From Terriglobia bacterium (lineage in GTDB: Bacteria > Acidobacteriota > Terriglobia > Versatilivoradales > Versatilivoraceae), in the NCBI GenBank assembly GCA_022452285.1, contig JAKUNG010000001.1, positions 308,924 through 332,923 of the forward strand: DNA of 24,000 nucleotides, read 5' to 3'. Position numbers and translations under genes: made by a program. Below the pieces are notes generated by a model, which made no database searches, was not told where the DNA came from, and worked only from the letters and a program-made list of their open reading frames with translations. Positions 8,826 through 17,368 of this stretch are shown here, piece by piece (position 1 is the first letter of the stretch; each line of letters opens with the position of its first letter).

Positions 8826-9785
8826 TCAACTTTCAAAATTCAATACTCCATTCCAAGGTGGCACTGTAATTGATACTTTACCATAACACTTAGATTGACA
8901 AGCTAATCTTATTACTGGGTGTTCTTTAGCACTGTTTTCTAAATTTTTATAACCAAAATACTCTAGACGACTCTTTTCAAAATCCGTTACTTTCGATAAA
9001 TTCTTTTGGCCAGCCAAAACACCTATCCAGCAATAACCACATGCACCACTTCGACATTGTGCGGGTATAGGCCCTGCAACTTTTCTGGAATCTTCAGAAC
9101 GAAAATCTCGTTTGTCGCCATTACTAGCCATTGACAAATCTTGACCATCAGCTGCTTCAAAAAATACTCCGCTATTCTGTTCATCAAAAACCACTTGATG
9201 TGTTTTTGCTTTCCATCCCAGAATACTCTTAAGTCCTCTATTAACTTCACGACTTTTCAACACTTTATCAGGAGAGTCGGTACTTTCAATGTCAATTAAT
9301 TGATCTTCAACCTTCTTCAAGGATGCGAATCCTACTTGGCTGAGAATCATTAAACTTATAGCAACAATTCCCACCAACAGTTTAGTTTCGATATTTAATT
9401 GATTTCCTATTTGATGTGACAACTTAAGAATATGTTGCTCTAACCTTAATGCTTTTGGATCAAGATTTTCCTTTGAATAGGCCAGAACTGCTTTTTTAAC
9501 TGGAACCCAAAAGCGTGCACCAAAAAGAAATTTTACTGACTCATTAACTTGTTCTCTTAATTGAGGGTTACCATCTAACTGAAACTTTTTAAACGTATTC
9601 TCTAAATTTTTTTCTGTATCAAGGAGCTGAGCTAGTTTAAGGGGCCAAAAAGAAAACCAAATCTGGGTGGCGTCACGGTCAATCTGGTGAATGTCAGAAT
9701 GGATTAAATCAAGTGTTTTAACCCAAGTTTGCTCATCATGTTTTCCTAGATAGTCTTCGAAAGGGAGTTTGTCGGTAGCTTCCAT
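8826..9785 (-). CDS. fusion protein: unknown N-terminal domain + predicted TM helix + C-terminal plant-type 2Fe-2S ferredoxin domain
   Basis: The C-terminus has CRSGACGYC (C-x4-C-x2-C) plus VIRLACQ, the four-Cys pattern of plant-type [2Fe-2S] ferredoxins. A hydrophobic stretch LLVGIVAISLMILSQVGFASL sits mid-protein. I do not recognise the roughly 140-aa N-terminal part. Confidence 0.65.
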   Translation of the reverse strand: MEATDKLPFEDYLGKHDEQTWVKTLDLIHSDIHQIDRDATQIWFSFWPLKLAQLLDTEKNLENTFKKFQLDGNPQLREQVNESVKFLFGARFWVPVKKAVLAYSKENLDPKALRLEQHILKLSHQIGNQLNIETKLLVGIVAISLMILSQVGFASLKKVEDQLIDIESTDSPDKVLKSREVNRGLKSILGWKAKTHQVVFDEQNSGVFFEAADGQDLSMASNGDKRDFRSEDSRKVAGPIPAQCRSGACGYCWIGVLAGQKNLSKVTDFEKSRLEYFGYKNLENSAKEHPVIRLACQSKCYGKVSITVPPWNGVLNFES

Positions 9786-9808
9786 ACTTAAATAATCCTC
9801 TAAGTTTC

Positions 9809-9843
9809 CAAGAAAAATGGGCTACCCTTAAAGAGTAGCCCAT
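9809..9843 (-). terminator. rho-independent terminator after the large radical SAM gene
   Basis: ATGGGCTAC 9817-9825 pairs with GTAGCCCAT 9835-9843 (9 bp stem, 9-nt loop). On the minus strand it is followed by TTTTTCTT. It lies about 36 nt after the stop at 9879. Confidence 0.65.
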
Positions 9844-9878
9844 CATTATTTTTCCAGAAAAATTACCATATAATAAAA

Positions 9879-11930
9879 CTACTTAGAAGGAGTCCCAATT
9901 TGTACAAGATCCTGACCTTCCGGTTTTTTCTTTAGAACCATCTCTTCATATACCTTGCGAACCTCAGCTGCTTCTCTTGCTGCCTTACGTCGCAATTTAT
10001 CCTCCTGAGCTGCTGTCTGAGGACCATCATCAACAGTTCTTACTCTAGCTGCATCTTTTTCGTCGATTTTAAGCATGTGTTCATAGGAGCCCAAACCAAC
10101 TTCCTTACCCTTAGCAAAAACTTCGTGTTTGCCATTTTCTCGATACCACTGGGCCACCGTTGCATTTTTATGCATATTTTCAATAATCTTTCTCCAACCT
10201 ACCCCAGTGTTATAAGCACAAAATGAAATCTCACCCTCTTGGGTCCCATAGGGAATAATACACATTTCTGTTCGACGAAAGTCGTAGTTAAACAAATCTT
10301 GAAACCACATCCCTGCAATGAATAGAAAATTCCAAGGATCTGTCCGACGCTTTTTTATATCTTCCATAGTCCGTTCTGGACCTGAGCTTCCATATTTTTT
10401 ATCTGAATCCCCAGAAGCATCCCAAGTTTTATCAAATTTCCTAAGAATGGCACTAAGGGTAAGGCTCGGAGGGGCTTTGAATGGTGAAAAATTCTTCAAC
10501 AAAGCTAATGCCATCATAAAGTTGGAGAACTTTCTCCCGCGAGCAGCATCCGTTACCTTTTGCATATCTTTAACCAGTCCAGGTATATGTATAAATTGGG
10601 GAACAGGAGCCATTTCTTTATTTTCTTTATTAATCATAACAGCTGTTCCTACACCACAATTGGGATGACAACCACAACTAAAAGACCCCCACTGCTGCTC
10701 GGGTCCGTGCACTAAGTCCGAAAAATCAGCAAAGCTTGACATGAGTGAAATTGGAAACCAATCACGGGTTGGCTCTCCTATTCCTGCTTGTTCTTTTACA
10801 TCACTAGCCATGTGCGACAGAGTATAACGTTGCCGATGACGACGGTCTGGAGTAATCTCTTCATCCCTCCCGGTAAACGAAACTGGCTGGAAAGAAACAA
10901 AGGAAATTTTCTTAGGATTCTCAATTGCAAATTTAATAATTGGTCCGACCTGATCATTATTTAAATTGTTAACTAATGTTGTCACCAGAACAATTTCAAT
11001 TCCAGCTTCATGCATGTTATTAATTGCCCGGAGTTTCACATCAAAAAGGTTTCCAACTTGCCTATGCCCATTGGCATCGTTTCCAATACCATCGAACTGG
11101 AGATACGCATAGCGGAGACCAGCTTCAGCAGCTTCTCGTGCAAAAGCTTTGCTCTTAGCAAACTCAATACCATTTGTGGCTGCCTGAACACTGTTATAAC
11201 CCAATTCACGTGATAATCTAATAGCTTTCAGAAAATAAGGAGAAATCGTTGGTTCACCACCTGAGAATTGAATAGACATCTGTCGCTTTGGCTTGATTTC
11301 CATAGCATTCCGCATTATCTCTTCTATATCATCCCAGCTAAGTTCATGGACATATCCCACTTGATTTGCGTCCATAAAACATGGATCACACATCATGTTG
11401 CAACGGTTTGTTAAATCGACAGTCAAAACTGATCCTCGTCCGTATTTTACTGTACTGGTACCATGATTATGAAGCCGATCATCGTTGTGGGCTCTAATAT
11501 CCCTTCCAGGGAAATTACCTTCAATCCATTCCAAAAATTTAACATCACTAGCCATTAAATCTTCAAATTTACCATGTTCTGGACATTCCTTTACCATCCA
11601 TACTTGCCCATCACGCTCAATGATTTGGGCTTTGATTTCACCAACATGTTCGTCAATTAAAGAACGCCAGTCTTTTTCCCCGTTAATAATTTTTTCCCGG
11701 GCTTCCATGACACACTGAGGGCAAAGAGAATCCGTAGTTCTCGGAAACCCAAGTGTAGGTTTAGATTTCTCCCATGATTTTAATAGAGGCTTGTCAGACC
11801 ATTTTGGGGTAAATGAAGGATTGGGATTAAATTGATTAAAAAACTGGATGGAGTTAAAAAGACCCCTTGCTGTGGAACAGATAGCACTATCCACATATTT
11901 CATAACACGATGATTTTTGACGCTAGCCAT
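9879..11930 (-). CDS. large radical SAM protein, COG1964-like architecture (possible tetraether-lipid-synthase Tes/GDGT-MAS-like enzyme)
   Basis: N-terminal Cys/His ribbon (TDSLCPQC ... KECPEHGKF). DLTNRCNMMCDPCF (CxxxCxxC), IQFSGGEPT, ATNG, YLQFDG, FQPVSFTGR. C-terminal Cys cluster SCGCHPNCG. Charged K/E/R/A tail. I chose ATG 11930 (AGGAGG at 11935-11940 revcomp) over the track TTG at 11966. Confidence 0.75.
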   Translation of the reverse strand: MASVKNHRVMKYVDSAICSTARGLFNSIQFFNQFNPNPSFTPKWSDKPLLKSWEKSKPTLGFPRTTDSLCPQCVMEAREKIINGEKDWRSLIDEHVGEIKAQIIERDGQVWMVKECPEHGKFEDLMASDVKFLEWIEGNFPGRDIRAHNDDRLHNHGTSTVKYGRGSVLTVDLTNRCNMMCDPCFMDANQVGYVHELSWDDIEEIMRNAMEIKPKRQMSIQFSGGEPTISPYFLKAIRLSRELGYNSVQAATNGIEFAKSKAFAREAAEAGLRYAYLQFDGIGNDANGHRQVGNLFDVKLRAINNMHEAGIEIVLVTTLVNNLNNDQVGPIIKFAIENPKKISFVSFQPVSFTGRDEEITPDRRHRQRYTLSHMASDVKEQAGIGEPTRDWFPISLMSSFADFSDLVHGPEQQWGSFSCGCHPNCGVGTAVMINKENKEMAPVPQFIHIPGLVKDMQKVTDAARGRKFSNFMMALALLKNFSPFKAPPSLTLSAILRKFDKTWDASGDSDKKYGSSGPERTMEDIKKRRTDPWNFLFIAGMWFQDLFNYDFRRTEMCIIPYGTQEGEISFCAYNTGVGWRKIIENMHKNATVAQWYRENGKHEVFAKGKEVGLGSYEHMLKIDEKDAARVRTVDDGPQTAAQEDKLRRKAAREAAEVRKVYEEMVLKKKPEGQDLVQIGTPSK

Positions 11931-12161
11931 TTTTCCTCCTATTATTCCATCACCTAAGGCACTCAATGATAGAACATTTTGGAAATGGTTTGCCTTGCTG
12001 TATACAAACCCAAAATTAGAAATAAACTTTTAGTCTTTGCTTTATAAAACTCTCCTACTGAATTCATACTTAATCTTACTATTCTAAACTATAAACCTTT
12101 AAAATTATTACGGTTGGAATTTTATCATACTTAGTTAGTTATATTAGGAATACATTTCAGA

Positions 12162-12211
12162 AAATGGTCCTTTTTTGAGTTAAATGGTCCAAAAAGACAG
12201 TCTAAATGTCC
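12162..12211. repeat. phased direct repeats AAATGGTCC / AAATGGTCC / AAATGTCC in a long non-coding region
   Basis: AAATGGTCC occurs at 12162-12170 and 12182-12190 (20-nt spacing), and AAATGTCC at 12204-12211. A partial copy AAATGGT is at 11983-11989. GATTCT-ATA-GATTCT follows at 12221-12235. Confidence 0.5.
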
Positions 12212-12607
12212 TAAACTAAAGATTCTAATAGATTCTTTTACAAGGAAATACTATCTTACAATTAAAGCTTTTCTGAAATTTTGTAATCATAACATTAGAT
12301 CAATCAAAGATATTCTACCTAACCTTATAGGAATTATCTACAGATTCTAGCTAGGATCGAATCAATCATCAACCAAACTCTTACCCTTGTTTTTCCATAA
12401 ACACATCTAGATTGTTTCTGCTTTACTTATAGTCTTCTTACGTAACCCTACTTAATTATGTTATGGTGTGCATAATTTTACCCTAGATTTCATCATAATT
12501 GGTTAAAAATATCTGCCAGTCTAAACAATAAGAGTTTGAACCCTAACAACCTTTAAATTAGCTTTTAGTAACTTCAAGGTTTTGGAGTTCTCTCTGAGGT
12601 TAAAGCA

Positions 12608-13963
12608 TTGAAACAAAGAACCCACTGGGAATCCAGAGTTGGTTTTGTTCTAGCAGCTTCTGGCTCAGCTGTCGGTTTAGGAAACATATGGAAGTTCCCT
12701 TACGTGACAGGTGAAAATGGCGGTGGATTTTTTGTACTGGTCTATCTCATTTGCGTGGCTTTGGTTGGACTCCCTGTAATGATCGCTGAAATCTTGATTG
12801 GACGTTCCACCCAAAACTCTCCTGTCGGGGCATTCAAATCGCTGTCAGGCACTAAAAGTCCGTGGCTGTCGATAGGTTATCTAGGACTTTTTTCATCTTT
12901 TATTATCCTTTCTTTCTACAGTGTCGTCGCCGGCTGGTCAATGCACTATACTTGGCTCTCAGTCAGTGGCCAATTGGCAGACCTAAAGCCAGCTGAAGCA
13001 GAACCTATTTTTGATCAGCTTTTCCAGTCAACCAGAATGAATCTATTCTGGCATATGATCTTCATTGGCTTAACTGTTGGTGTTGTTTTTAAAGGAATTT
13101 CAAAGGGCGTGGAGCGCTGGTCTAGAATCTTGATGCCAGCATTATTCATTATGATGTTGATATTGCTCGGGAAGGCTATTTTTATGGATGGCTTTAGCCA
13201 AGCATTTCAATTTGTCTTTGGATTTAATGCACTTAAATTTTCTTCGACAGGAGCACTTAAAGCCCTAGGACAAGCTTTTTTCAGCCTCAGCCTTGGCATG
13301 GGTGCCATGCTTACCTACGGCAGTTATCTACGTAACCAAGATGGTATCGTAGAAGCATCCGTCACGATTTCGATCTTAGACACAGCCATCGCTCTGATTT
13401 CCTCTCTGATTCTTTTTCCTATTATTTTCAGCTACGGGATGGAACCAGCTGCAGGACCTGGATTAGTATTTATTAGTATTCCTATTGCTTTAAGCCAAAT
13501 GGGAAGCACCACGATTTTTGGAACTCTGTTCTTTGCCCTTCTGGTTTTTGCTGCACTCACCAGTGCTATATCTATGCTGGAAGTCTCTGCTTCTTATCTA
13601 ATCGATGAAAAAAAATGGACCAGGGTACGGGCTACGGTTGTGGCCGGATTGGCAGCTGGATTATTTGGAATACCCTCAGCTCTAAGTGGTGGAAACTGGA
13701 TCTTCGGATCAGGCTTAATTTCTTTGATAGGTAAAAATTGGTTTGATTCATTGGATTATTTAGCCTCAAACTGGATGCTTCCTTTAGGGGGACTTGGTAT
13801 TGCCATCTTTACAGCTTGGCGTATGAACGAAGCCCTACGCAGCAAAGGTTTTCTCTCAGGAAGCAACCTGCGAATTTTCTATAAAATTTGGTTATTGCTC
13901 CTTAAGTTTCTAGTTCCAATAGCTATCGTTTTAATCTTCCTACATGCCATCAACCTCATCTAA
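12608..13963 (+). CDS. sodium-dependent transporter, neurotransmitter:sodium symporter (SNF/NSS) family
   Basis: 451 aa, multi-TM. Signature N-terminus WESRVGFVLAASGSAVGLGNIWKFPY...NGGGFFVLVYL. TTG start with GAGG a few nt upstream. Confidence 0.9.
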   Translation: MKQRTHWESRVGFVLAASGSAVGLGNIWKFPYVTGENGGGFFVLVYLICVALVGLPVMIAEILIGRSTQNSPVGAFKSLSGTKSPWLSIGYLGLFSSFIILSFYSVVAGWSMHYTWLSVSGQLADLKPAEAEPIFDQLFQSTRMNLFWHMIFIGLTVGVVFKGISKGVERWSRILMPALFIMMLILLGKAIFMDGFSQAFQFVFGFNALKFSSTGALKALGQAFFSLSLGMGAMLTYGSYLRNQDGIVEASVTISILDTAIALISSLILFPIIFSYGMEPAAGPGLVFISIPIALSQMGSTTIFGTLFFALLVFAALTSAISMLEVSASYLIDEKKWTRVRATVVAGLAAGLFGIPSALSGGNWIFGSGLISLIGKNWFDSLDYLASNWMLPLGGLGIAIFTAWRMNEALRSKGFLSGSNLRIFYKIWLLLLKFLVPIAIVLIFLHAINLI

Positions 13964-14042
13964 AAAATGATCATTTCTTACAAAAAGAATTGGCAGTTAG
14001 ATTAAGATAGTTGGTAGCAATTTTTGAAATTTAGTTAGACTC

Positions 14043-14066
14043 AGCCCTAATTTAATTAGGGCTTTA
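14043..14066 (+). terminator. possible terminator hairpin after the SNF transporter gene
   Basis: AGCCCTAAT-TTA-ATTAGGGCT: a perfect 9-bp stem and 3-nt loop followed by only TT(A6). The T-run is weak, so it could equally be a palindromic protein-binding site. Confidence 0.4.
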
Positions 14067-14088
14067 AAAAATGTTTTGACTACCTCCA

Positions 14089-14496
14089 ATGATCTTATTC
14101 ATTTTGGCAATAATTGGCTTTCTGATTTCTAGCTACTTCACGGTCTTATCACTAAATTGGCTTGATCCAGCAGACAGTCGAATCCCCTCTTTATGTAGAC
14201 TTGGCCAGCAAACTTGCAACCGTGTCATTTTTTCTCCCAGAGCCCGAGTGTTTGGAGTTCCTAATTCACTATTAGGTCAACTTTTTTATGTAGCAATTTT
14301 AATCGGGACTGTAAGTAGATTACTTTTTGTGGAACCTTTTTATTTCTTATTTCTTTCTGCTAGTTTTTTAACGGTCCTCTTAGCAATTTACCTAAGTTAT
14401 TCATTACTTTTTCTAACCCGAATTCGATGTTTTTTGTGCTTTACATCGCATCTTATCAATCTAATTATCTTTATTCTCTTAATAAATGGAAAATGA
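14089..14496 (+). CDS. vitamin K epoxide reductase (VKOR) family membrane thiol oxidoreductase
   Basis: 135 aa and very hydrophobic. Loop motif C-x6-C-x2-V-x2-S...VFGVPNSLLGQLFY plus a CxxC (RCFLCF) in the last helix, which is the conserved VKOR Cys quartet arrangement. Confidence 0.75.
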   Translation: MILFILAIIGFLISSYFTVLSLNWLDPADSRIPSLCRLGQQTCNRVIFSPRARVFGVPNSLLGQLFYVAILIGTVSRLLFVEPFYFLFLSASFLTVLLAIYLSYSLLFLTRIRCFLCFTSHLINLIIFILLINGK

Positions 14497-14526
14497 CCGC
14501 CAGACTTATTTTAGGGGGATCTTTTA

Positions 14527-17367
14527 ATGAAACTAGCACCATTCCTCATCTGTCTGTTGCTACTCTTTGATAATACATTATTAACTACCAAAACTAATGA
14601 CACTCCTTTATTCAAATTAAAGCGTTCCATCGACAGTGCAATGCTCGGTGGAGTGCCTCATCCATCTTCCTCAGTGTTAAGAAAGATGCATCAATCAAAA
14701 TATATTTTGCATGCTCAAGATGGAAAGTTGAATAAGTTTCCAGTAGAAAAAAGTATCCTGCCACACGACCCAAAAGCACATCCTCAGGCTGTCGATGCTA
14801 TGGTGGATCCTGATGGCATAGTCTACGTTCCCTTAGCCAGTATCATCTGCAAATCATCAGATGGAGGGAAAACTTGGACAAGCAGACCTAAACATCCTTC
14901 TATAATCAATGCAAAGCTACAAATTCTGCCTGATGGCACCATGATTGCTTATAGCGGAGGAGAAAAAGTAGATGAACCTATAATCGTATCCGCTTCATCT
15001 GACCGGGGTTCCACTTGGGTTAAACGCTCAGAAATCCGCCCGCCCAAAGGTCATTGGGGGGGTATAAATTGGACCACAAATCTTCCAGGCGATGTATTAC
15101 TTGCTAGTGTAGGAGTAGTTAACCATGTGTTCCAAAAAAGACAAGATAACAGCTTGTCACTAGTCTCAGGTGGTGGTTTTCTAAGAACCCTTCGATCTAC
15201 TGACAAGGGAAAAACCTGGCATAATCCTGCAAAATTACACAACTGGGGAAGTGAAGGCGGAGCTGTTGTAACTGCCTCAGAAAAAATATTAGCCGTTGTA
15301 CGCTACCAGCGTCCAGTGTTCTCCAGTGATCCACCAAACATCGAAAAAAAAACTGGTAGCATTTCACCTGGATGGGCGTTTAAGCATGTTTTCTTGATGG
15401 ATTCATATGATCAGGGACACAGCTGGAAAAATTTTCGCCCACTTGCCACCGTATTTGGTCAAACTTATGGTTACCCTGCCGCTCTTAGCGATGGCACAGT
15501 AATCGTAGTTCATGACACAAGGTATGGTCCAGGCTTACCTGGCAGCAGAGCAATGATCAGTTTCGATGAAGGAAATACCTGGGAAGATCAAGTTTATTAT
15601 CTTGACCACACAACCTTTACTGGAAGTTATAACAGCAGTGTCGTTTTGAAAGATGATGTCATTCTAACGATTGTTGGATCTAGCCAGGCTGGAAATGATT
15701 GGAAGTCTGTCACCGGCAATTCAGAGTTTTTTGCTATCAGATGGACACCAAAAAGACCAGTAAAAAGGACAAAAGATGATGTTAGGTCAATTCCATGGTC
15801 GAAGTCTCAGACAAAAATTTCCCGTATAGATGTCCGGCGAAAATCTCGCCGACTGATATATAACGATGACGGAGAAGAATTGGCTCACTTAGGAGCCTCC
15901 ACCCCAAAAGGATTCCTAGCTCCTCGCCTGAAAGACCTAGCTGGAACTCAGGTGGATACAATAGCTTGGTCAATTTTAAGCAATTGGGGCGATGCACCCT
16001 CGTACAATAGTAAAGTGCAACCTATTCACGGGGATGCCTCAGGCGGTCCACCACCTAATTTTCAACCGTACGCCAAAAATCTTAAAACCCTTATCAAAAA
16101 TGGATATTGTCCACTCCAAATTGTTACCCGTTTTGCACACAAAAATAACATGGAATTGTTGGCTTCAGTAAGGATGAATGACGTGCATGATAGTTTTGTC
16201 AGGGGCTTGATGACCACCTGGAAAAAAGAACACCCTGAGTTTCTCGTCAACAAAACAAATAGTAAACCCAATATGTCGCTTTATAAAACAGCTCAGGACT
16301 ACTCTCATCCTGAAGTTCGACAGCGTAAGTTTGAAATTTTTGAGGAAGTTTGCCAGCGTTATAATATAGATGGCTTTGAGCTTGACTTCATTCGTCACCC
16401 AGTCTTCTTCAGTCCTACCATGGAAGGGAAAGAAGTTACAAGTGATCAGATGGAGATTATGACTTCATTTGTCCGTCGGATTCGATATTTAACTGAAAAA
16501 ACTGGAGCTCATCGCCACCGTCCTGTACTAATTGCAGTTCGAATTCCTGACACACTTGCTTTATCGAAAAGAATTGGTCTTGATGTTGAAACATGGATAG
16601 AAGAAGATCTAATAGACCTTATAATCGTCGGTGGAGGCTATGCACCCTTTACTCTTGACATCTCCAAAATAAAAAAGTTGGCTAAACACTACCAAATTCC
16701 TGTTTACCCCTGTCTTAACCAAAAACCACCAACCTATGAAGTTTTAACTAAAAACGCCACTTTGGCTAATCGAGGTTTAGCCTCCAATTGGTACAATCAA
16801 GGTGCTAATGGCATTTACTTGTGGAACTTAGGAGTACCATTAACTCATCCTCGCCCTCGTGATGGCAAAGACCTAACCGAAGCTCGAAAGCTCTGCTACG
16901 GAATTTTAACCCATCTGGGGAATATTAATTCCCTTCAAAAAAAAGATAAAATATTTAGTTTAGATGGTCCCGTCTTTAACTATTATTCTCATATTTCAGG
17001 GAAGACTTCATTACCTCAAACCCTAAGTCCTGGAGAAAATTTACCAATTAACCTTGAAATTGGAGACAACTTTGGAGTGGTTAGTAAGGCGACCAGTAAT
17101 GTAAAATTAAAGCTAGTTATTAAAGGCAAGATAAAAAAACAAGTTCTCCAGTTTAAGTTGAATGGCCATCCTTTAGTTAAAGGTCAATTTTTAAAAGTTG
17201 ATGTGAAAGAAAAAACCTCAGTAACTTTTAAACCAGACCTCTCGTTTTTTCAAAAAGGGAAAAATTCGATTCAAGTCTTTCTTGATTCTGCAGATATCTC
17301 AGAAAATATGGAATTACAATTAGTAAACATTGAATTAACGGTTAGATATCTAGAAGGGAATTTATAG
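14527..17367 (+). CDS. secreted fusion: BNR/Asp-box beta-propeller (sialidase-like fold) + glycoside-hydrolase-like TIM barrel + C-terminal beta-sandwich-like tail
   Basis: Sec-type signal MKLAPFLICLLLLF. Five Asp-boxes: SSDGGKTW, SSDRGSTW, STDKGKTW, SYDQGHSW, SFDEGNTW. There is no FRIP motif before the first box. The C-terminal half (from about RLIYNDDGEE; contains SVRMNDVHD and DGFELDFIRHP) is paralogous to the partial ORF at 23579. Confidence 0.75.
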   Translation: MKLAPFLICLLLLFDNTLLTTKTNDTPLFKLKRSIDSAMLGGVPHPSSSVLRKMHQSKYILHAQDGKLNKFPVEKSILPHDPKAHPQAVDAMVDPDGIVYVPLASIICKSSDGGKTWTSRPKHPSIINAKLQILPDGTMIAYSGGEKVDEPIIVSASSDRGSTWVKRSEIRPPKGHWGGINWTTNLPGDVLLASVGVVNHVFQKRQDNSLSLVSGGGFLRTLRSTDKGKTWHNPAKLHNWGSEGGAVVTASEKILAVVRYQRPVFSSDPPNIEKKTGSISPGWAFKHVFLMDSYDQGHSWKNFRPLATVFGQTYGYPAALSDGTVIVVHDTRYGPGLPGSRAMISFDEGNTWEDQVYYLDHTTFTGSYNSSVVLKDDVILTIVGSSQAGNDWKSVTGNSEFFAIRWTPKRPVKRTKDDVRSIPWSKSQTKISRIDVRRKSRRLIYNDDGEELAHLGASTPKGFLAPRLKDLAGTQVDTIAWSILSNWGDAPSYNSKVQPIHGDASGGPPPNFQPYAKNLKTLIKNGYCPLQIVTRFAHKNNMELLASVRMNDVHDSFVRGLMTTWKKEHPEFLVNKTNSKPNMSLYKTAQDYSHPEVRQRKFEIFEEVCQRYNIDGFELDFIRHPVFFSPTMEGKEVTSDQMEIMTSFVRRIRYLTEKTGAHRHRPVLIAVRIPDTLALSKRIGLDVETWIEEDLIDLIIVGGGYAPFTLDISKIKKLAKHYQIPVYPCLNQKPPTYEVLTKNATLANRGLASNWYNQGANGIYLWNLGVPLTHPRPRDGKDLTEARKLCYGILTHLGNINSLQKKDKIFSLDGPVFNYYSHISGKTSLPQTLSPGENLPINLEIGDNFGVVSKATSNVKLKLVIKGKIKKQVLQFKLNGHPLVKGQFLKVDVKEKTSVTFKPDLSFFQKGKNSIQVFLDSADISENMELQLVNIELTVRYLEGNL

Positions 17368-17368
17368 T

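Noticed and set aside
12340-12375. tRNA-like T-loop resemblance (GGATCGAATC) in the long intergenic region. Also made a general check for tRNA, rRNA, tRNA-Sec and CRISPR arrays across the window.
   Set aside because: The flanking bases do not form a T-stem or an acceptor stem. No cloverleaf, no rRNA-like conserved blocks and no regularly spaced 25-40-nt direct repeats were seen anywhere in the window.
14794-15756. Calling the BNR propeller a bona fide exo-alpha-sialidase (NanH).
   Set aside because: Asp-boxes alone define the fold, not the activity. The FRIP/RIP catalytic arginine motif upstream of the first Asp-box is absent, so only 'sialidase-like BNR propeller' is justified.
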